In this document: in pieces, positions 16,811 through 24,196 of the stretch | How positions within the stretch are numbered: position 1 is the stretch's first letter | How the letters are laid out: the number at the start of each line of letters is the position of its first letter | NCBI GenBank assembly: GCA_943372155.1 | Contig: CALRXP010000001.1 | Span: forward strand, 1-43,471 | Source of the DNA: Candidatus Endomicrobiellum trichonymphae | GTDB lineage: Bacteria > Elusimicrobiota > Elusimicrobia > UBA1565 > UBA9628 | Direction of reading: 5' to 3' | DNA length: 43,471 nt | Program-made: the position numbers and the translations under genes | The notes under the pieces: model-generated | The model's input: only the letters and a program-made list of their open reading frames with translations | Told to the model about the DNA's origin: nothing | The model's database searches: none

Positions 16811-18003
16811 GCGCTCTCGCGGCGCTCGCGCGCCGCTACGGCACTCCTCTGTACGTCTACGACGCGGCCGTGGTGCGCGCCCGCTACCGGGCCCTGCACG
16901 GCGCTTTCACGCGGCCCGTGCTCGTCTGCTACGCGCTCAAGGCCAACTCGAGCAAGGCCGTCGCCTCCGTGCTCGCGCGCGAGGGCGCCGGCGCGGACAT
17001 CGTCTCCGGCGGCGAACTGCTCCGCGCGCGCGCGGCGGGATTCACTCCGTCTCGCATCGTGTTCTCCGGCGTCGGAAAGACCGAGGAAGAGATGGCCGCC
17101 GGCCTGCGCGCGGGCGTGAAGGCTTTCAATATCGAGTCCGGAGAAGAGCTCGACGCGCTGGCGCGCGTCGCGGGACGCCTCAAGAGACCGGCCCCCGTGT
17201 CCATCCGCTTAAACCCCGATATCAACGCGAAGACGCACCCGCACATCACCACCGGGCGGGCCGAGAACAAGTTCGGCGTGGAGACCCAGGAAGCCCTGGC
17301 GCTGTACCGGCGCGCGGCCCGGGACGCCCGCCTGCGCGTCGTGGGCGTCCAATGCCACATCGGCTCGCAGATCACCTCCTTAGCCCCCTATAAACGCTCT
17401 GCGCGGGCCGTGGCGGCCCTGGCCAAGGGCTTGAAGGCCTCGGGCATTCCGCTCGCCTTCGCGGACCTAGGAGGGGGCCTGGGCATCTCCTACAAGGACG
17501 AGACGCCGCTCGACCCGTCGGCCCTCGTAAAGACCTTGGAAGCGGCGTTCTCCGATCAGCCGGAGCTCGAGCTTCTCGTCGAGCCGGGTCGCTACCTCGT
17601 CGCCGACGCGGGGCTCCTGCTCACCAGGGTCCTCTACCGCAAGCAGACCTCGAAGCGACGCTTCGTCATCGTCGACGCGGCCATGACGGATCTCCCTCGT
17701 CCCGCCCTGTATAACGCGTGGCATCCCGTCGAGGTCGTCTCGCCCCGTCGGGGAAAAAAGACCATGGCGGACGTCGTGGGACCCGTCTGCGAGTCGGGAG
17801 ACTTCCTCGCGCGGCAAAGACCGCTTCCGCCTCTCGAGAGGGGGGATCTGCTCGCCGTGACCAAGGCTGGAGCGTACGGCTTCGCCATGAGCAGCCAGTA
17901 CAACTCGCGTCCTCGCGCCGCCGAAGTCGTGGTGGACGGGGGGAAAGCGCGCCTGGCGAGGCGAAGGGAGACGTTCGCGGATCTGACGAGGGGGGAGCTC
18001 TAG
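16807..18003 (+). CDS. lysA: diaminopimelate decarboxylase
   Basis: Track ORF 16564..18003. The GTG at 16807 (GTGA overlap) gives VSALAALARRYGTPLYVYD. It has the PLP-lysine region YALKAN, HIGSQ, EPGRYLVA and CESGD. Confidence 0.9.
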   Translation: MSALAALARRYGTPLYVYDAAVVRARYRALHGAFTRPVLVCYALKANSSKAVASVLAREGAGADIVSGGELLRARAAGFTPSRIVFSGVGKTEEEMAAGLRAGVKAFNIESGEELDALARVAGRLKRPAPVSIRLNPDINAKTHPHITTGRAENKFGVETQEALALYRRAARDARLRVVGVQCHIGSQITSLAPYKRSARAVAALAKGLKASGIPLAFADLGGGLGISYKDETPLDPSALVKTLEAAFSDQPELELLVEPGRYLVADAGLLLTRVLYRKQTSKRRFVIVDAAMTDLPRPALYNAWHPVEVVSPRRGKKTMADVVGPVCESGDFLARQRPLPPLERGDLLAVTKAGAYGFAMSSQYNSRPRAAEVVVDGGKARLARRRETFADLTRGEL

Positions 18004-18004
18004 C

Positions 18005-18253
18005 GTGGCGAAAAACAAAAACACCATGAAGAAGGAGGCGCAGGCCCCCGCGCTTCCCTCTGAGGCCCTCTCATCCCGGGGTAAGGTCCTGGCGGGGGCG
18101 GGGGGAGCCCTCGTGATCGCCGGTTTCGTCCTCTTGTCTTTCGCTGATGCCATGGGCCGCAATCTTCCTGCCTTGGTTTCTCCCTTCCTTCTGATCGGCG
18201 GCTACGCCGCGATCGGCCTTGGTCTTTTTCTTCCGCCCGAAAAAACCATCTAA
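18005..18253 (+). CDS. small two-TM membrane protein, unknown function
   Basis: 82-codon ORF (GTG at 18005, or ATG at 18026) directly after lysA. Two hydrophobic spans (GALVIAGFVLLSFA, LVSPFLLIGGYAAIGLGLFL). Last gene of the plus-strand block. Confidence 0.55.
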   Translation: MAKNKNTMKKEAQAPALPSEALSSRGKVLAGAGGALVIAGFVLLSFADAMGRNLPALVSPFLLIGGYAAIGLGLFLPPEKTI

Positions 18254-18280
18254 CGCGGCGACCTTCCGCTGTTGAGTTTT

Positions 18281-18870
18281 CCTGATGGCCTTTTTTCGGT
18301 CCGCGGCCTAACCGCCTCCCGACCCCGGGTCTTCGATGGTTTTTTTCGCGCGCCCCCTTTCGACCCTTTTTTCCTTCCTTGGTTTTTTCGGCGCCCCCCG
18401 GCTGGCCCCGAGTTGGTCGATTTCTTGCCTGGTTTTCCGGCCTCTGACCCCTAGTCTCTTCCATGGTTTTTTCGGGCCTACCCCCGGCACCCCCTGATCC
18501 CTGAAATGTTGCCTGGTTTTTCGGCCTCCAACCCCTAGGGTCTTTGATGGTTTTTTCGGGCCTACCCCCTGCCGGCCCGGATCCCCGAAATGTTGCCTGG
18601 TTTTTCGGGTCGTTTACCCTAGGGTCTTAGGTGGTTTTTTTGGGGGGTGCTTTTGGGGATCCGAGCTGCCCAAAAACTTGCCAACTTTCCGGGCTCCTTT
18701 CATGGTCTTTTCGGCCTCATGGCCGATTTGGGGGTACCCTGCCCCTGGGCCTTTCATGGTTTTTTTGGCTCATCCCGGCAGCTCCATGATCCCGGTATTC
18801 TTGCCAACTTTTTGGCTGGTTTCCGTGGGGTGCGGCCGGCGCCGCCCCGATTTTCTGCCAACTTTTGGGG
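18281..18870 (+). repeat. degenerate tandem repeat array with an 84-bp period, each unit carrying two GG(T)4-7CGG cores
   Basis: T-run starts at 18433, 18467, 18517, 18551, 18601 and 18635 alternate 34 and 50 bp apart, giving an 84-bp period. The copy at 18425-18508 matches the copy at 18509-18592 at 71 of 84 positions in my ungapped hand alignment. A third copy at 18593-18676 shares the first 50 or so nt. More diverged copies flank on both sides. No ORF survives across units. Confidence 0.85.
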
Positions 18871-19004
18871 GGCGTTCGACTGCTAATTTAGAATATCTCA
18901 CAAACCGTGTTGTTTTGCTTAAAATCGCGTTATCCGTACGAGGTAAATCGCTCGAAGTTCTGTTGGAGTATTGCGTATGCTGAATTGGCCATACCCCATC
19001 CAGA

Positions 19005-19032
19005 TGTAACATAATAAATATTATCATAAGTA
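19005..19032 (-). other. dif: candidate dif site (XerC/XerD chromosome dimer resolution site)
   Basis: The minus strand reads ACTTATGATAA-TATTTA-TTATGTTACAT. The right arm matches the E. coli XerD arm TTATGTTAAAT at 10 of 11 positions. The left arm ends in GATAA like known XerC arms, and the spacer is 6 bp and AT-only. It lies in a local AT-rich patch exactly where the plus-strand and minus-strand gene blocks converge. Confidence 0.65.
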
Positions 19033-19125
19033 AGTAATACGGCAGGTTGGCCGGGGCTGTTTGTTGGTTTTGCTTCCCCCGGCCGTTCCGTATGGCCGGA
19101 ATTCAGGCGTGGCCGACCGTCGGCT

Positions 19126-19632
19126 TTAGGGCCGCTTGCCTAGGACCGTGGCCGTCAGTTGTTCGGCCAGCAGGAGCGCCCGGATCTTGCCGGTGGCCGT
19201 GAGCTCGTAGCGCCGGGACCGGCGCGATCCGGAGCTCAGAAGCTCGCCCTGGGCGATCGCGTCCTGCATGGTCCGGTCCATGCGCCCTATAGGATAGCCC
19301 GAGGCGCGCAGCCACTTGGCCACCATGGTCGCCGTGGGCTTGGGTTGGCTTAGGAGCCGCTCCGAGGCCATCAGGAGCACCAGGCAGGCATCCTTGCCCT
19401 CCTTATCGCCGCCCTGGATCTTGCCGCGCAGGGTCAGGCCGCCGCTCTTGGCCGTCACGACCGCGTTCCAGTCCACCCGCGGCTCGCGCTGCGGGCCTTC
19501 GGCGGCGGCGCCGGCCACCGGGGTCTGGCGCAAGATGAACTCCTCGCGCTCTTGCCGTACGAACTCCGCGTCGCCTTCGACCTCGAGCTCGGCTCCGTTG
19601 GGCAGCTTGAGGCGGACGCGATGTGGGTTCAT
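19126..19632 (-). CDS. hypothetical protein with a C-terminal winged-helix-like DNA-binding domain
   Basis: Track ORF 19126..19728. I prefer the ATG at 19632 (MNPHRVRLKLPNGAELEVEG), which is preceded by AAGGA. The C-terminal part (TATMVAKWLRASGYPIGRMDRTMQDAIAQGELLSSGSRRSRRYELTATGKIRA) has a helix-turn-helix-wing pattern like PadR/MarR wings (RRxYxLTxxG). I recognise no family. Confidence 0.6.
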   Translation of the reverse strand: MNPHRVRLKLPNGAELEVEGDAEFVRQEREEFILRQTPVAGAAAEGPQREPRVDWNAVVTAKSGGLTLRGKIQGGDKEGKDACLVLLMASERLLSQPKPTATMVAKWLRASGYPIGRMDRTMQDAIAQGELLSSGSRRSRRYELTATGKIRALLLAEQLTATVLGKRP

Positions 19633-19645
19633 GTCCTTATTATCG

Positions 19646-19770
19646 CATATGTCATGAAAAAGGTCTACCGGCTGTGGATATGTCGTGTACAACTCAAATG
19701 GGCGAACGTGATTGTTTGTATACGTCATGTTTGATGTCTTTATAAAAATACATAAGACATATACGACACG
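19646..19770 (-). promoter_or_regulatory. AT-rich upstream region with a repeated 11-bp motif NATAYGTCRTG (operator- or iteron-like)
   Basis: Plus-strand copies are CATATGTCATG (19646-19656), GATATGTCGTG (19677-19687) and TATACGTCATG (19719-19729). Spacings are 31 and 42 bp, about 3 and 4 helical turns. An inverted core GACATAT lies at 19756-19762. The cluster sits directly upstream of the 19632 start codon. Confidence 0.5.
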
Positions 19771-20060
19771 TTAAGGACAGCGAGCGGTGAAAGGCTTGGG
19801 GATAACTTTGGGGATTCCTCGACGGAGAATCGGAGATTCCCCTCCCCCCTCGCAGCCTTGCCGGCACCCGGGGTCGAGGCCGGATTTAAAGACAGGAGCG
19901 GCTCCAAATCGAGCGGAAACGGCCCTAGGCTGGACGCGGGATCGGAAGGGCGGCAAGGGCCTGAAACGGGGGTCTAAACGGCCTTGGTGGACCCGCGGCG
20001 GGCGCGGGAAATCGGCGGATTACGGGGGTTCGCAGTGGGCTGGCCGCACTGATGATAATC

Positions 20061-20079
20061 ACTGTTTCCTGGAAACAGT
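20061..20079. repeat. perfect 19-bp palindrome ACTGTTTCC-T-GGAAACAGT
   Basis: Read directly from the sequence: 9-bp arms around a single central base, preceded by the AT-rich GATGATAATC, inside an otherwise GC-rich non-coding stretch. Confidence 0.8.
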
Positions 20080-20210
20080 TGCGACTTCAAGTAGCCCGGA
20101 GGGTGGGGTTGGTGGGGCTGAAATGGGCCGCCGGGATCGGCGCGGGTTGATCTTGGCCGCCGGGATCCTTCGGACCCGGCGCAAAAGTGCGGCGGGAACT
20201 CCTTAAACTT

Positions 20211-21575
20211 TTAGAACCGCCCGGAGGCTTCGAAGGAGTACTTGCGGGCGACCGAGCGGCCGGGGTCGGTGAACTTGCCGGCGCGGAAGTAGGCCATGCT
20301 CGCGGCCAAGTTTAGCTGGTCGCGGATGGGGTAGCGCACGCGCAGGTCCCACTCCGTTCCGAGCGTCCGCGATCCGGAGGAGATGCGCTCGGCCTGATAC
20401 AGGAAGAAGTCGATGTCGATCGTGACGCCCTTGTAGGAAGGCGGCGTGTAGCCGGCGCCGACCACCACGAGGCCGCTGGCGCCGTTGCGCAGGCCGTTGG
20501 CGGTGGTGGTGGAGTAGTTCCCCCCGAAGCCGTCGTAGGCGGTCGCGGCGAACAGCTCGCCGAAGCCGACGCGCTCGAGGCCGTTGTAGCGGTGGCCGCG
20601 GCTTGGAAAGAACGCCTCGTCCTTGCCGTTCGTGCCGGGGTCGTCGCCGGAGCCGCGGGCGACCGAGGCGCGAGCGATGCCTTCGCCGGTCTTCCAGAGC
20701 GCCTGCTTCCACTTCATGCGCACGACCTGGGCGTTGCCGTTGTAGGTGATGTGGCTGGGCGAGGGCGAGAGACCGGTCGGCGTCGCGACGCCTTTCTCGA
20801 TCGCGGCCTCGCCGTCGAACACCATGGGGCCGTAGCTGATCTGGTAGCGCAGGCTGGTGAAGCTACGCACCGCCTTCGACACGAGGCAGCCATTGGGCTG
20901 CGGGTTGCCGGAGTAGTTGCAGCCGTAGACCGTCTGCTGGGCGCGGTCGCGCTCGATGAGCTGGTTGAGCTGCCACACGCCCTCGCCGGGAAGGTCGATC
21001 GAGGCGCCGGCCAGGTCGAGGCTGTTCGGGGCCGAGGCGTTCAAAGGGTTGCGGTCGTTGAAAATGAACCCTTCGACCTTCATGTTCCACCACGGCAGCT
21101 CACCGCGCGCGGAGGCGCCGGTCAGGCCCGCGCCGTCGTCATCGAGCAGGAGGCCGGAGCCGAGCTTGTAGCTCTGCCGTCCGAGCGTCGTCTCCCAGTT
21201 GTAGCCGAAGAGCCGGTGCACCTTGAGGTAAGCGTTCTCGATGAAGGGTGTGAGGTCGGCGTTCGGGTAGTACGAGGCGGCGCGGTCGAAGGGCGAGGCG
21301 ACGGAGGCGGTCGACCCGGACACGCCGATCGCGCGGAGCACGATGCCGAGGTCCATCGTCACGTCTTCCCCCCCGCGCTGCTCGAGCGGGATCTTGCGCA
21401 CCGCGATGCCCAGTCGCGCGTCGTTCGTGATGAACGAGTGGGAGTTCTTGTCGCTGGTGTTGTAGTTGAGGTTGGAGTACGACACCGCTTTCATTTTGTA
21501 AGCGGCGGTCACGTCCAGGCTCGCCGCGTGAGCGGAGCCGGAGGCCAGAAGAAGCGCGAGCGCGAGGGATCGCAT
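20211..21575 (-). CDS. outer-membrane beta-barrel protein (porin or alginate-export-like)
   Basis: 454 aa with signal peptide MRSLALALLLASGSAHA, alternating amphipathic strands rich in Y/G/N, and a C-terminal FEASGRF ending in Phe (OMP sorting signal). Confidence 0.8.
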   Translation of the reverse strand: MRSLALALLLASGSAHAASLDVTAAYKMKAVSYSNLNYNTSDKNSHSFITNDARLGIAVRKIPLEQRGGEDVTMDLGIVLRAIGVSGSTASVASPFDRAASYYPNADLTPFIENAYLKVHRLFGYNWETTLGRQSYKLGSGLLLDDDGAGLTGASARGELPWWNMKVEGFIFNDRNPLNASAPNSLDLAGASIDLPGEGVWQLNQLIERDRAQQTVYGCNYSGNPQPNGCLVSKAVRSFTSLRYQISYGPMVFDGEAAIEKGVATPTGLSPSPSHITYNGNAQVVRMKWKQALWKTGEGIARASVARGSGDDPGTNGKDEAFFPSRGHRYNGLERVGFGELFAATAYDGFGGNYSTTTANGLRNGASGLVVVGAGYTPPSYKGVTIDIDFFLYQAERISSGSRTLGTEWDLRVRYPIRDQLNLAASMAYFRAGKFTDPGRSVARKYSFEASGRF

Positions 21576-21592
21576 CGGTCCGAAATCCTAGC

Positions 21593-21629
21593 AAAAAAAA
21601 AGAACCCCCCGGCCGTTTAGGCCGGGGGG
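21593..21629 (-). terminator. rho-independent terminator between the two porin genes
   Basis: The minus strand has a 10-bp GC stem (21605-21614 pairs with 21620-21629) and a 5-nt loop, followed by TTCTTTTTTTTT (21593-21604). It lies 27 nt after the upstream porin stop. Confidence 0.8.
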
Positions 21630-21655
21630 CTCCTTACTTTATGTTCTAGGTGATC

Positions 21656-23116
21656 TTAGAACTTGATCGAGACATCGCCGGCCAGCATGACGACCGGGTT
21701 GAGAGCCGCGTTGGCTCCCTTGATGTCCGCGATGCCCGCGCCGGGCTTGAACGAGCCGGCCGTGGCCTTGAAGGACACGTTCTCGGAGTGCTTCCACTCG
21801 GCCGTGACATCGACTTCGGAGCCGATGTTGCGGCTGTTGCGGGAGTCAGCGAGCGCGTTGTTGGTCTTGTTGAACGCATCGCCGTTCGAGGCGAGGCGGG
21901 TGAACGCGTAGCGCCAGAAGGCGACGCCGGCGGTCAGCTTGTTCAACGAGGTCGGGGTGCCCTTGATACCGAGGCCCCAGATGGTGCGGTTGGTCAGACC
22001 GTTGGACGCGATGGTTCCGTTCGAGCCGCTGGTCGTGCCGTTACCGAGGGTGATGGCCGCGCCGCTGTCGAAGCGACCGTAGATCCCACCCGGGCGGTAG
22101 TCCGTGTTGATGGACTGGAAGTTATTGTTGCCCTGGTAGGTGCCGTTGCTGTCGCCCGTGCCGTAGCCGAACTCGCCCCAAGGCGAGATCATGCCGACGT
22201 TCGAGAGGTCCAGCTTGTACGCGGCCTTAGCGAGAAGCGCCCAGCCCTTGTAGCTGGTGTTCTCGGCGGTGGTGCGATCCTCACCCATGTTCTTCGCGAG
22301 CTCGGCGCTGGCCGAGAGACCGCCCGCGGTGACCTTCGCCTTCACGCCGGCGACCCACAGGTTGGTGTTCTTACCGTTGGTGGCGCCGTTGCTGGCGTTC
22401 GTCGTCACGCCCAAACCACCCACAGCGTGGGTGACCCGGTTGTAGACGTACAGGCTGGGCTTGACCATCTCGTGCATCTTGCACGAAACAACCACGCCGC
22501 GGAGGTCCGTCGCCGCGCCGGGGGTGTTCGCGAAGGTGTTCACGGCCGAGTCCGCGGTCTTACCCGCGAGCGCGGTCACGGACATGTGCTCGCCGTTCCA
22601 GTCGGCGCGGAACATGTCGATGGCGTCCACGCGCATGCCGTAGGCGTCGCGCGGGCCGTAGTAGACGATGAGGTCGCCCTCTTCGCCGTAGAACTGGCGG
22701 CCGGCCGTCACGTCGACGAGGCCCATGACCTTGTCGATCTTGACGTTGGCTTCCTGAACGATCGTGGTGTCCTGGATGCCGTTGACGGTCTGCGCGTTGG
22801 AGCCGTAGGTGCGAGCGGCGCCGACGCCGCCTTCCGCGCCCTTCACGAGGGTCACGTGGCCGTGCACGTCGTCAAGGACGTCCCAGTCGGCCTTCACGAT
22901 CACGCGAGTCGTCGCGTGGCCGATCCGGTCGTTGTTGTTGTTCGCCGCGCCGGTGACGCCCTGGGGAGGGCGCGTCACGAAGTCGCCGACGTTGCGGGCG
23001 GAGGTCGTCTGAATGTCCAGGTTACCGGACACTTTGAAGTTCTTCAACAGCTCAGCATTCGCACCGGCCGGCACGAACATGGCCAGGGCTAACGTCGTTC
23101 CCAGGAGCTTTTTCAT
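21656..23116 (-). CDS. outer-membrane beta-barrel porin
   Basis: 486 aa with signal peptide MKKLLGTTLALAMFVPAGANA, Gly/Asn/Thr/Tyr-rich amphipathic strands, and a C-terminal DVSIKF ending in Phe. Confidence 0.8.
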   Translation of the reverse strand: MKKLLGTTLALAMFVPAGANAELLKNFKVSGNLDIQTTSARNVGDFVTRPPQGVTGAANNNNDRIGHATTRVIVKADWDVLDDVHGHVTLVKGAEGGVGAARTYGSNAQTVNGIQDTTIVQEANVKIDKVMGLVDVTAGRQFYGEEGDLIVYYGPRDAYGMRVDAIDMFRADWNGEHMSVTALAGKTADSAVNTFANTPGAATDLRGVVVSCKMHEMVKPSLYVYNRVTHAVGGLGVTTNASNGATNGKNTNLWVAGVKAKVTAGGLSASAELAKNMGEDRTTAENTSYKGWALLAKAAYKLDLSNVGMISPWGEFGYGTGDSNGTYQGNNNFQSINTDYRPGGIYGRFDSGAAITLGNGTTSGSNGTIASNGLTNRTIWGLGIKGTPTSLNKLTAGVAFWRYAFTRLASNGDAFNKTNNALADSRNSRNIGSEVDVTAEWKHSENVSFKATAGSFKPGAGIADIKGANAALNPVVMLAGDVSIKF

Positions 23117-23252
23117 TGCTCTTTATTCCTCTCTTGTTTGTATCGTAAGCCCCGTTTCAGCGGGGATACTCACGTCATACCCCGCTTTGGACGGGGCCTA
23201 CGTACGACAGGAGCGCCAGTTCTGTGCGGCTCCTTACGAATACTGCGGTGCG

Positions 23253-23293
23253 AATTTAGCACAAGCCTTTCGGCATTGTCAACTGTTTGTCAA
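23253..23293 (-). promoter_or_regulatory. sigma70-type promoter for the 486-aa porin gene
   Basis: The minus strand has TTGACA (23282-23277), an 18-nt spacer, then TGc-TAAATT (-10 at 23258-23253). A second TTGACA lies 11 bp upstream (23293-23288). The predicted 5' UTR of about 130 nt contains hairpins at 23150-23165, 23180-23196 and 23210-23233. Confidence 0.6.
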
Positions 23294-23348
23294 CAAAAAT
23301 ACATATCACCGGCACGGCCAGTCACAATCCACTCATTACCATCGAGTG

Positions 23349-24017
23349 TTATTTAGTAGGCGGTTGAAGCCGGGCGTTCGCACGCGCGGCCCAGGGCGTG
23401 TCCTGATACTGGAGGGTGATCTTCTGCCACGTGGCGCGCGCCGCATCCCCTTGGCCGGCCGCCACCTGGCAGCGGGCCATGACCTCGTAAACCTGAGGGG
23501 CGAGGAAGTGGTCGGCGTTCGCGTCCAGGAAGGACTGCGCGGCGGCGACGCAGTCGGCCGGCTTGCCGGCGGCTTCGAGCGCGGTGACTTTTTCGGCCTG
23601 GGCGAAGGGTTTGAGCAGCGCGGGAGACACTTCGGCGGCGCGGGTGAAGGAGGCCAGCGCCGCATCATGCTCCCCCTTGGACTGCTTGAGCTCGCCCTGA
23701 ATCTGGCCGGCGATGGCGGCGGCGGCGGGGCTCGAGGTCTGGGCGGCTACCTCGGCGAGCGTGTCGGCGGCTTCCTTCGTCTTTCCATAATAAGAATAGG
23801 CTTCGGCCATGGACAGCTTGTCCCAGGCTTCGTTCTCGGCGGCGGTTCGGGAGTAGGAGTAGAAGCCGATGAGCAGGCCGACGATGGCGACGCCGGCGGC
23901 CCCCATGCCGACTTCCTTTCGGCGCTTGAGAGCCTGATCGAGGATTTGCCCGAAGAAGTCCCGAACTTCGTCCTGCTTGGAGGTCTGCCGGCTGGCCCAG
24001 TGCTTTTCTGTGGACAT
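23349..24017 (-). CDS. membrane-anchored TPR-like protein (YfgM-like)
   Basis: Track ORF 23349..24080. The ATG at 24017 (MSTEKHW) avoids overlap with tRNA-Arg. One TM (GMGAAGVAIVGLLIGFYSY), then a helical-repeat periplasmic domain. Confidence 0.65.
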   Translation of the reverse strand: MSTEKHWASRQTSKQDEVRDFFGQILDQALKRRKEVGMGAAGVAIVGLLIGFYSYSRTAAENEAWDKLSMAEAYSYYGKTKEAADTLAEVAAQTSSPAAAAIAGQIQGELKQSKGEHDAALASFTRAAEVSPALLKPFAQAEKVTALEAAGKPADCVAAAQSFLDANADHFLAPQVYEVMARCQVAAGQGDAARATWQKITLQYQDTPWAARANARLQPPTK

Positions 24018-24053
24018 GGAGTTTGGTTGATCCTTGAGAGTTGAGAGAGCGTT

Positions 24054-24125
24054 TGCCCCGAGCGGGAATCGAACCCACATCTACCCCTTAGGAGAGGGTA
24101 GCTCTATCCATTGAGCTATCGAGGC
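24054..24125 (-). tRNA. tRNA-Arg (anticodon CCU)
   Basis: The reverse complement is GCCTCGATAGCTCAATGGATAGAGCTACCCTCTCCTAAGGGGTAGATGTGGGTTCGATTCCCGCTCGGGGCA. Anticodon loop CTCCTAA, T-loop TTCGATT, 7-bp acceptor stem. No CCA encoded. Confidence 0.88.
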
Positions 24126-24196
24126 GTCATATCCCTGTTACGGGAGCGCAATAATAGCTTATCAACCCCGTTTGCGCCACCCCCCCTTAATAGGGA

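Noticed and set aside
18509-18541. Each repeat unit as a mini promoter (TTGCCT ... TAGGGT) or a sigma-54 site.
   Set aside because: The spacer between the -35-like and -10-like hexamers is 21 nt. No TGGCAC-N5-TTGC pattern is present on either strand.
18281-18870. Possible CRISPR array.
   Set aside because: There is no alternation of a conserved short repeat with unique spacers; the whole 84-bp unit is repeated and degenerate. No cas genes are in the window.
18272-18983. Short track ORFs inside the repeat array (18272..18454 +, 18647..18886 +, 18678..18983 +, 18308..18490 -, 18000..18464 -) with repetitive peptides such as FHGLFG, FHGFFG and LANF.
   Set aside because: The repetitive peptides simply mirror the DNA repeat. 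T-run lengths differ between units (4-7 T), so the frame is not preserved from unit to unit. In-frame TGA and TAG stops occur at equivalent unit positions, and the composition (F/G/P or K/R-rich) is not protein-like.
19050-19085. Hairpin GGCCGGGG-N20-CCCCGGCC downstream of the hypothetical gene as its terminator.
   Set aside because: The 20-nt loop is large and no U-tract follows the stem on the minus strand. It may still be structural, but it is not a convincing intrinsic terminator.
19735-19775. A second, degenerate dif site that would bracket an integrated element (minus strand AACGTGTCGTA-TATGTC-TTATGTATTTT).
   Set aside because: Only the TTATGT core and the final T of the XerD arm match, and the XerC arm lacks the ATAA end. 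Too weak to call, and noted only as something to test computationally.
19787-20206. 139-aa ORF in the GC-rich spacer.
   Set aside because: Gly/Arg/Pro-rich with no start context and no domain-like sequence. Treated as non-coding.
19733-20210. tmRNA, RNase P RNA or SRP RNA in the spacer.
   Set aside because: GGGGCTGA occurs at 20113, but there is no tRNA-like T-arm (GGTTCGAnTCC) or CCA end within range. I saw no RNase P GGAAAGTCCGGGC-type motif and no SRP GGAA-tetraloop domain. Other ncRNA classes cannot be excluded by eye.
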